A model generated the notes under the pieces. That model had not been told where the DNA came from and searched no databases. It was given only the letters and a program-made list of their open reading frames with translations. Shown piece after piece: positions 56,911 to 64,000 of a DNA stretch of 64,000 nucleotides (positions are counted from its first letter, which is position 1; every line of letters starts with the position of its first letter). Source of the stretch: Candidatus Parcubacteria bacterium. Lineage in GTDB: Bacteria > Patescibacteriota > Patescibacteriia > CAIXNZ01. Both the position numbers and the translations under genes were made by a program. Where the stretch lies: contig JAPLYG010000018.1 in NCBI GenBank assembly GCA_026395685.1, forward strand, positions 288-64,287, read 5' to 3'.

Positions 56911-58887
56911 ATGCAAAGTAAAAAACTCTTGGCGTTTTTATTCAGCCGGGAGAAAACAAACAAACTTGTCAGAAAAACTGCCAAAGCATTATTTTTTGTA
57001 ATTGCTCTTATGGCGGTTTTTTTGTTTTCTAATCATCCGGCTTTGGCTCAGGATACTTATGGCTTAAACAGCTTTTCTGATAGCGGATTAGCGACCGCCA
57101 ACTTAATGGCCATAATTGCCCGAATTATTAATGGCTTTTTGATTTTGCTCGGCCTGGTAGCAGTAATCATCATTCTTTACGCAGGTATTTTATGGATGAC
57201 TGCTTCTGGCAAGGAAGAGCAGGTAATGAAAGCCAAAAAGACTTTGATTAACGGGGTAATCGGTTTAATAATTATTCTGTTATCTTATGCTTTTGTCAGA
57301 CTGTTATTCGGTATTTTAGATCTTCAATTCCAAAACAACGAGGGCGGTCCCGGCGGCGGGGGAGGCGGGTATGAACCAGGCACCGGAGCTTTAGGTGCAG
57401 GTATAATTCAGAGCCATTATCCGACGCGCAATGCTAAGGACGTACCGCGTAACACCAAGATCGCCATCACCTTTAAAGAGCCGATGGATTTAGCTTCTAT
57501 TATTAGTGATACCAATAATAATAATATTCTTGGTGATTGCGTTGATTCTGATGATGCTAATGATACCATTGATGTGATTGATGCCAATAATAACGGTAAG
57601 TTTGACGCCGGGGATTTTTCGGAATGCGACTTGATTAATCCTGCCAGTATTAAAATCAGAAAAAATGCAGATGATCCGGCTGTTGGTCCGTTTGTTGATT
57701 TTGTAAAAGCCATGGTTACTCTTGATAAAAAAACTTTTGTCTTAAAGCCTGTTACTTATTTGGGCAGTGCGGCAGAAAAAGTAGATTATACTGTAAGCCT
57801 GACATCTAATATTAAGAAAGCTTCAGGCGATGCGGCTTTTGGCAGTTCAGCCGGCTATAAATGGACTTTTGAGGTTTCCACTTTCTTAGATACAACTCCG
57901 CCTCAGGTACTGTCTGTTATTCCCAAAGCTGCTGCCAATCCACTGGAAAAGCTTTATGCAAGGAATGTAGTAATTCAGGTTAATTTTAATGAAGCCATGG
58001 ATCCGCTGGCTTTGAGCGATAAGCTCGAAATTGAGGGTGGCGGCACGACAGGAGCGGCATTAAAAAACACTTCTAAGGAGATAATGCCGATTAAGGTCGG
58101 AACCAATTATGTTGCTGGAGAATGGTATTTTAGCAACCAATACCGTACAGATGAATTTATTACTAATTCACCCTGCGGTGTAAATTCCTGCGGAAAAACC
58201 ATTTATTGCCTGCCTGGTTTATCTGAAATTACCACGCTTTTAAAAGCGGCTACTTTGGCCACTGCAGGTTCTGCTGAAGCTTTAGAAAAGCCTGATTTAT
58301 TGAGTAGTAAAGGGACTTTATATGACGGTTTAACTGATATGTGCGGCAATTCTTTGAACGGCAATAAGGATAACACGCCTCAGGGACCGGCCGGGACATA
58401 TAATTTAAATTCTCTTTCCGGAGGCGGTGATAATGCCATCTGGAAATTCAATACGAATGACACTGTTGATTTGATTCCGCCCTTGATTGAATCCAGAAAC
58501 CCTGATCAGTCAGAAGAAGTTAGCCCGAAGGCTGATTTAAATTTGTTATTCAGTAAATTACTTATGTTTAATTCTTTGGTTCAGGGAAGCACTCTCACTC
58601 TTGTTCAGACTGATGATCCTACAGCCTATTGGTTTGAAAAAAATAATGATGATCTGACGGATAAAACAACAGTGATTATTAAAACAAACGGCTTGAAGCC
58701 AGATGGGGAAGAATATCCGATTATTGTCGGTTCGGGCACCAAGGATCTTTACCAAAATTGCTTTATGCCGCCGGCGGATACCCAAAATTGTATTCGCGTT
58801 CCGGTTGCGGGACAGCCTGGCCAGTATGAGCCGAGCAATGTATCGGGTGAATGGAAGGGTACAAAACCGAATTGCGATTTAAGATAA
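56911..58887 (+). CDS. Pilin-like (TrbC/VirB2-type) N-terminus fused to Ig-like domains
   Basis: Signal peptide, IIN..L..LG..AV..I.YAG..WMTA.G.EE.V.KAKK.L..G.IG motif, then PRNT.I.ITF.EPMD and QVNFNEAMD Ig-like repeats. Confidence 0.75.
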   Translation: MQSKKLLAFLFSREKTNKLVRKTAKALFFVIALMAVFLFSNHPALAQDTYGLNSFSDSGLATANLMAIIARIINGFLILLGLVAVIIILYAGILWMTASGKEEQVMKAKKTLINGVIGLIIILLSYAFVRLLFGILDLQFQNNEGGPGGGGGGYEPGTGALGAGIIQSHYPTRNAKDVPRNTKIAITFKEPMDLASIISDTNNNNILGDCVDSDDANDTIDVIDANNNGKFDAGDFSECDLINPASIKIRKNADDPAVGPFVDFVKAMVTLDKKTFVLKPVTYLGSAAEKVDYTVSLTSNIKKASGDAAFGSSAGYKWTFEVSTFLDTTPPQVLSVIPKAAANPLEKLYARNVVIQVNFNEAMDPLALSDKLEIEGGGTTGAALKNTSKEIMPIKVGTNYVAGEWYFSNQYRTDEFITNSPCGVNSCGKTIYCLPGLSEITTLLKAATLATAGSAEALEKPDLLSSKGTLYDGLTDMCGNSLNGNKDNTPQGPAGTYNLNSLSGGGDNAIWKFNTNDTVDLIPPLIESRNPDQSEEVSPKADLNLLFSKLLMFNSLVQGSTLTLVQTDDPTAYWFEKNNDDLTDKTTVIIKTNGLKPDGEEYPIIVGSGTKDLYQNCFMPPADTQNCIRVPVAGQPGQYEPSNVSGEWKGTKPNCDLR

Positions 58888-58930
58888 ATTATCAATTCTC
58901 AATCCCTAACATATAAAAATCTCAAATCCC

Positions 58931-61900
58931 ATGCTTATGAACAAAAAAAAATATTTGAGCAAAATATTATTAGCTACGCTCCTGATAGTCGGGTTTTTGG
59001 CTGCCTTTAATTTTATTTTGGCGCAGACAGCTGACACTGAATATGGCCTGACAAGTTTTGGCGCGGAAACTACTTTGCCGACGCGCAATCTGCAGGTGGT
59101 GGCAGCGCGCATTATTAACGCTTTGTTGGGATTATTGGGATTGATTGCCGTAGTGCTGATTATTTACGGCGGCGTTTTATATATGACTGCTCACGGCGAG
59201 CAGGAAAAAGTCCAAAAAGCGAAAAAGCTTTTAATCGCCGCTTTGATTGGCCTGGTGATCGTGATTATGGCTTTTTCCATTGCCAATTTTGTATTTAGCG
59301 CCTTGGGCATAAATGCCTGGGGAACTGAGCCAAGCGGCTGTACATCGGGCACATCCAGAGCATGCGGCTGTGATAATAGCGGCCAGCAGACCTGCAGTGA
59401 AAGCGGTACTTGGGGAGAATGCTCGGGAGAAGTTTGCCCTGCACTCTGTCCCGGCGGAATTTGCCCTTTATCAACCTGTCAAAATCCCGGAGCAGCTGAT
59501 GATCCATATATTTGCGGGGTTGTCCCGACTATTAACGGTGCAGGCGGTACCTTGACTATTTCAGGCGGTAATTTCGGTGACTATACCGAAGGGACAAGCA
59601 AAGTGATTTTAGGCAAGGGTGGAGATGAATATGAGGCTGCAATTGAAGTCTGTCCGCCAAGCACTCCGGTCTGGACTGCAGATGAAATTAAAGTGCGAGT
59701 GCCTGCTGATTTACCGTATGTTGAAGGCGGGAACAACGTTTACCATGTTTTTGTTCAAAACAATGCGAAGGAAAGCATGGATAATAGTATTGATAATAAA
59801 TTAGTAAATATTTTTACTTTAACCAATAAACAGCCGACAGCAGGGATTATTTGTATTGTTCCGCCTGCTGCGCCAGTAGGCACGGAGGTGGAAATTTATG
59901 GCCGAAATTTTGGGACTACTGATGACAGCGGCAATAGCAAAATATTTTTTAATCAGAATGTCCCTGCAACTGCCACAGAATGGAGCGATGAAAAAATCAC
60001 AACCACAGTGCCGACAACGGCGATCTGGGGCAATGTTTATGCCAGAGTTAATGATGTTATCAGCGCAGGTGAAAAGTTTTTTGTCACTTGCGATAATGCA
60101 ACCGGCTGCGCAAGCAGTTGCTGTCATAAAATAAAGAGGTATTCTTTAAAGGAAGTGTGTGATGCAACTTTACAGTGCTATACCTCTGCCAAAGTCGGAG
60201 ATTCATGCGATGGCGCTGCTACTTCAGGATGTCAGCCGAATAATAGTATGTGCGGTATTGAATTAGTTTGCGCTGACCCCGATACTGCCGAAGCCTGTAC
60301 CTGCCAGGAATCTCTGGTAATCACTGGTTTAAGCCCTTATAATGGCAAGGCTGGAAATTTTGTTACTATTTTCGGCAAGAAATTCGGCACTTATTCAGCT
60401 GCTTCCAAAGTTATTTTTCTGGGTAATGCAGCTGATCCTAATAATATTGAAAAAGAAGCCAGCCTGCCAACAGTTTGCGGGGATATGGAGCTGTGGCAAG
60501 ATAATCAAATTATCGTGGAAGTTCCCAGTGGCGCTATTTCAGGACCGATTAAAGTCATTTCCGGCAGTCAGAGTGATGCTACTAATGATAGCAAGGGACG
60601 AGCGTTAAATAATTTTATCATTAATAATACAGTAAGGCCTGGTCTATGCGGGGCAGTAACAACTACTGCCGGTGCTAATGAAGGCTTAGCCCAGGGATTT
60701 TTTGAAGAAGAGGTTAAACTTACGGGTAAAAATTTCGGCCCTACCAAGGAAGCCACTTCTGCGGCTTTGCTGGGCGGTTCAAATTTTAATAATGAGGCAA
60801 GCTGGGTGTGGTCAGCTGAAAATATCAGCGGTTTGATTGTGCCCAATATGAAGCCGGCAAAATTAGTAGCGCAGGTTAAAGTGGGTGAAGAATACAGTAA
60901 TTCTGTGAATTATACTGTGGCGCAAAGAGCTGATTTGCCTGTGATTATGGATGTTGATCCCAAACAGGGTCCTGCCGGACAATATATTACCATCATTGGT
61001 TCTAATTTTGGCACTGAAGCAGGAAAGGTACAACTTTTAAATGACGGTGGTGATTGGATAGATGCGGATACTGATTTTCCCATAGATTGTGCTTCTAAAT
61101 ACTGGTCTGACACTCAGATTGTAGTGAGAGTACCTGGTGCTGCCAGGATAGCAAACGGTAAAATCGTAGTATATAATCAAACAACAGAATTACAAAGCGC
61201 AGAATATGATTTTGGCCGTTGCATTAAAAATGAAAGCGGCTGCCCTTTGACTCCGGGTATCTGCGCTATAAAACCGGATAATGGGCCAAAGGATTCGCGA
61301 AATATAAGAATTTACGGTAATAATTTCGGAACATATGGCGGTTCTGCCACAGTTACTTTTTCCAGCGGTAAAGACGCTGTTAACTTATCAGGCAGCTGGA
61401 CAAGTAAGCAAATCGGTACAGAGTCGGGCTCAGATGGTCAGATTGTTCTGCCTGAAGATGCTGTTTCCGGACCGGTGACGGTTACTGACAGTGACGGTGT
61501 TAAAAGTAATTCTTTTATTTTTAATGTGGCTGACTGCCGCGATCCTGAAAATCAGGGAATTTGTACCGGGTCTGATATTTGCTGTCAATACACAGGCTCC
61601 TGTCTTTCAAATGCGACTTGTAATTCCTATAGTGGCAATGTGGCTACTTATACTTATAGCTTTATAACAACCAGCAGCACCGCAACCCAGTTGCCGCCTC
61701 AGGTCGTGGAAAATAAAAATTGCGGCAGTGGTGCTTTGCAATCGCCATCACCATGGAGAGATTCTAGTGATGCCTGTGTAAATGCTCAAGTATATGCCAG
61801 GTTCAACCAATATATGGATGAAGCATCTTTTGCTGTTGCCGGCAATATTTTATTGGCAAGCTGTGCTTCGGATCAGGCTGGTAAAATTGATATAACAAAC

Positions 61901-64000
61901 TGTACGGATCTCGCGTTTACTACCAGTTTGGGTACATATACCCAAAGACAAGATGCTGCCGGAAATCCTATTATTGGTTATGATCAGGTCATTATCACAC
62001 CAAGCGCAGCCAGTTTAACAAAAAATACCTGGTATCGTGTTACCTTGAAAGGCAGCGGCATTAAATCCGCAACCGGGCAATTTTTAGACGGCGATAAAGA
62101 TCGCCAGCCGGGCGGTGATTATAGCTGGGAATTTAAAACCAGAAATGATGCATCTCCCTGCCCGGTAACCAGCGTGGCAGTAACTCCTGACAATTATATT
62201 ATTGAAAGCTTAATTGTCAGGCCGAAATATCTTGCCAGCGCCAATGCAGCCAATTGTAATATGCTCAGACCCGATGCTTATGATTGGGGCTGGTATAAAT
62301 TGTATGATCCTTATAACCCCACAACAAATCGTGAGGCAGCCCAAGCAATTGATAAAGGCGGGTTTGCCCAGATTTCTTTAAATAAATTAACAAATGGCAA
62401 TACTTCATTTCAACAAACGATAATTCCGCTCAAGCAGGTAGAAATAATGCGAATCGGCGCCGAAGTCTTTGCTGGTACGCCAAACCGTCGGGCTGATGAT
62501 CAAAATAATTTAACGATTGATTTGAATTTGCCGGAGATTCAGTCTTTTTCTCCGCGCGACGGAAAAATAGATGAGCCTGAAGTCAATGCTTATGTCACGA
62601 TTAAAGGTATTAATTTCGGCGTATCAGGCACGGTTTCCTTTGAAACAGCAACGGGCTGGAAAACAGCAGCCTTGGCCGGCTGTCCTAATCCCTGGACTGA
62701 TGAGGAAATCAAAGTAATAGTGCCGCAGGGCATTAAAGACAATTCCTGGATAAAAGTGGAAAATAAATTCGGGGTCAGTACGAGTGATTATAATAATGAT
62801 AAGGAACATGATCCCGGAAATAAGGAGACATTTAGTAGCAGCGAAAATGTCTATCCGTTTTTATGCGCCTTAGCTCCTTTTTACGGCACAGAAGGCGTAT
62901 CAGTCAGCGCCAGCGGTGATAATCTGGGCAACAGCAATAAGACTGTGTTTGGCGGCAAGACTTATGGCACGGGCAGTTACATTAAATTTGATATATCGCC
63001 AACTCCGGTACTTAATAAAGATATTTCCAGCTGGACAAATGAAAAAGTTTCCTACAGAAATCCGCTCAAGGATTTAAATGTGCCGGAAATAAAAGTCTAT
63101 GCCGCAATTACGCCCTATGCCGAGCCGTATAATGATCTGGATGAAAATGGATTTTATTCAGCAGGTGATACATATGGCGATTTGAATAGTAATGGGAGTT
63201 ATGACGGCAAAGAATTCACTAAGCCCGATTATGTAGAAAAATTTGAACAGTTAGACAGCAATCAGTTATCGTTTTATATGCCCCCGGTTATTACCGCAAT
63301 TTCTCCGAATAATGGGCCTGTTGACCAGTGGGTCACTATCAGGGGCCGAAATTTCGGTTATCAGACCGGTGAAGTTTGGATTGGAGGAAAACAGGCTGAA
63401 TTAGCGCCGTGTGAAATCGGCATGTGGCATAATGACGAGATTATTGCAGTGGTGCCGAGAGATATTGGCAATTTGGGAAATAAAAATGTTTATGTAATTA
63501 CCAAGCAAGCTTTGCAAAGTAGGGATTTTACTTATACGCTCAATAACAATCCGATTGGCGCGGGTTTGTGCGCGATTTTTGATCCTGTCTGCCTTTTGAC
63601 TAATGATCCGAGTCTCTGTATTAAGACTAGTGGCAGGGTGACTGATATTGTTTCTGCGCAAGGTGTGCGTTTCGGGGACACAAAAGAATCAAGTGAATTA
63701 TTATTTTCCTCCAATGTGCCGGCAGTTGTCAGCCTGGCAGGTGATTGGAGCGATTCCAATATTACCGCAAAAATCGCGATTGATTCCGTAAGCGGAGACA
63801 TTGTAGTGACCAAAAAAATTCTGGTGGGTCAAAAATGCTCCGGCTTCAGTATCGGTTCCTGGTGTTCCACCAATAAATTTGAGGACGATTATATTACAGT
63901 ACCCAGCAATTCAAAATCAATATTTATTACCGGATCCTGTACTGACAGCGGCTCATTGCTGGGCACTGTTTCCGCCCGTGATGACGGCTTTCAGACTGGG
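58931..64000 (+). CDS. Giant pilin-like + Cys-rich IPT/TIG repeat surface protein (runs off window, at least 1690 codons)
   Basis: Manual translation from ATG 58931; same pilin-like motif, about 10 (T/V)I.G.NFG repeats; frame consistent at start and window end, not every codon checked. Confidence 0.8.
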   Translation, partial: MLMNKKKYLSKILLATLLIVGFLAAFNFILAQTADTEYGLTSFGAETTLPTRNLQVVAARIINALLGLLGLIAVVLIIYGGVLYMTAHGEQEKVQKAKKLLIAALIGLVIVIMAFSIANFVFSALGINAWGTEPSGCTSGTSRACGCDNSGQQTCSESGTWGECSGEVCPALCPGGICPLSTCQNPGAADDPYICGVVPTINGAGGTLTISGGNFGDYTEGTSKVILGKGGDEYEAAIEVCPPSTPVWTADEIKVRVPADLPYVEGGNNVYHVFVQNNAKESMDNSIDNKLVNIFTLTNKQPTAGIICIVPPAAPVGTEVEIYGRNFGTTDDSGNSKIFFNQNVPATATEWSDEKITTTVPTTAIWGNVYARVNDVISAGEKFFVTCDNATGCASSCCHKIKRYSLKEVCDATLQCYTSAKVGDSCDGAATSGCQPNNSMCGIELVCADPDTAEACTCQESLVITGLSPYNGKAGNFVTIFGKKFGTYSAASKVIFLGNAADPNNIEKEASLPTVCGDMELWQDNQIIVEVPSGAISGPIKVISGSQSDATNDSKGRALNNFIINNTVRPGLCGAVTTTAGANEGLAQGFFEEEVKLTGKNFGPTKEATSAALLGGSNFNNEASWVWSAENISGLIVPNMKPAKLVAQVKVGEEYSNSVNYTVAQRADLPVIMDVDPKQGPAGQYITIIGSNFGTEAGKVQLLNDGGDWIDADTDFPIDCASKYWSDTQIVVRVPGAARIANGKIVVYNQTTELQSAEYDFGRCIKNESGCPLTPGICAIKPDNGPKDSRNIRIYGNNFGTYGGSATVTFSSGKDAVNLSGSWTSKQIGTESGSDGQIVLPEDAVSGPVTVTDSDGVKSNSFIFNVADCRDPENQGICTGSDICCQYTGSCLSNATCNSYSGNVATYTYSFITTSSTATQLPPQVVENKNCGSGALQSPSPWRDSSDACVNAQVYARFNQYMDEASFAVAGNILLASCASDQAGKIDITNCTDLAFTTSLGTYTQRQDAAGNPIIGYDQVIITPSAASLTKNTWYRVTLKGSGIKSATGQFLDGDKDRQPGGDYSWEFKTRNDASPCPVTSVAVTPDNYIIESLIVRPKYLASANAANCNMLRPDAYDWGWYKLYDPYNPTTNREAAQAIDKGGFAQISLNKLTNGNTSFQQTIIPLKQVEIMRIGAEVFAGTPNRRADDQNNLTIDLNLPEIQSFSPRDGKIDEPEVNAYVTIKGINFGVSGTVSFETATGWKTAALAGCPNPWTDEEIKVIVPQGIKDNSWIKVENKFGVSTSDYNNDKEHDPGNKETFSSSENVYPFLCALAPFYGTEGVSVSASGDNLGNSNKTVFGGKTYGTGSYIKFDISPTPVLNKDISSWTNEKVSYRNPLKDLNVPEIKVYAAITPYAEPYNDLDENGFYSAGDTYGDLNSNGSYDGKEFTKPDYVEKFEQLDSNQLSFYMPPVITAISPNNGPVDQWVTIRGRNFGYQTGEVWIGGKQAELAPCEIGMWHNDEIIAVVPRDIGNLGNKNVYVITKQALQSRDFTYTLNNNPIGAGLCAIFDPVCLLTNDPSLCIKTSGRVTDIVSAQGVRFGDTKESSELLFSSNVPAVVSLAGDWSDSNITAKIAIDSVSGDIVVTKKILVGQKCSGFSIGSWCSTNKFEDDYITVPSNSKSIFITGSCTDSGSLLGTVSARDDGFQTG

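Noticed and set aside
59295-63813. Short ORFs listed in the final 5 kb
   Set aside because: Alternative-frame shadows of the giant ORF starting at 58931

Overview
AT-rich bacterial chromosomal segment, most likely Patescibacteria/CPR (Parcubacteria-like). That placement is inferred from the missing rpmD between rpsE and rplO, SD-less ribosomal protein genes and pilin-fused Ig/IPT surface proteins; TGA is used as a stop, so code 11. It carries the str/S10/spc ribosomal protein cluster (rpsL to map), repair genes (SRAP, ruvX, recO), a pyrK-pyrD-pyrF-pyrE block, aspS under a T-box, scpAB, parAB, a short Rel, topA, dprA, pth, der, lepB, hisS, three tRNAs and the start of a >1690-aa pilin/IPT protein. 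The most unusual signals are non-coding: (i) a transcriptional T-box with an ultrashort Stem I that appears to present an Asn codon; (ii) two tandem promoter-driven small RNAs between rel and topA that are complementary to each other; (iii) a phased array of 7 DnaA-box-like 9-mers inside the split str operon, followed by a hairpin sRNA candidate; (iv) a 6S-like RNA candidate; (v) several families of tiny REP-like hairpin elements, two copies inserted in loops of duplicated tRNA fragments. An apparent deletion fuses the end of rplF to the middle of rplR and may be an assembly error. All structures were read by eye; no folding or database search was run.
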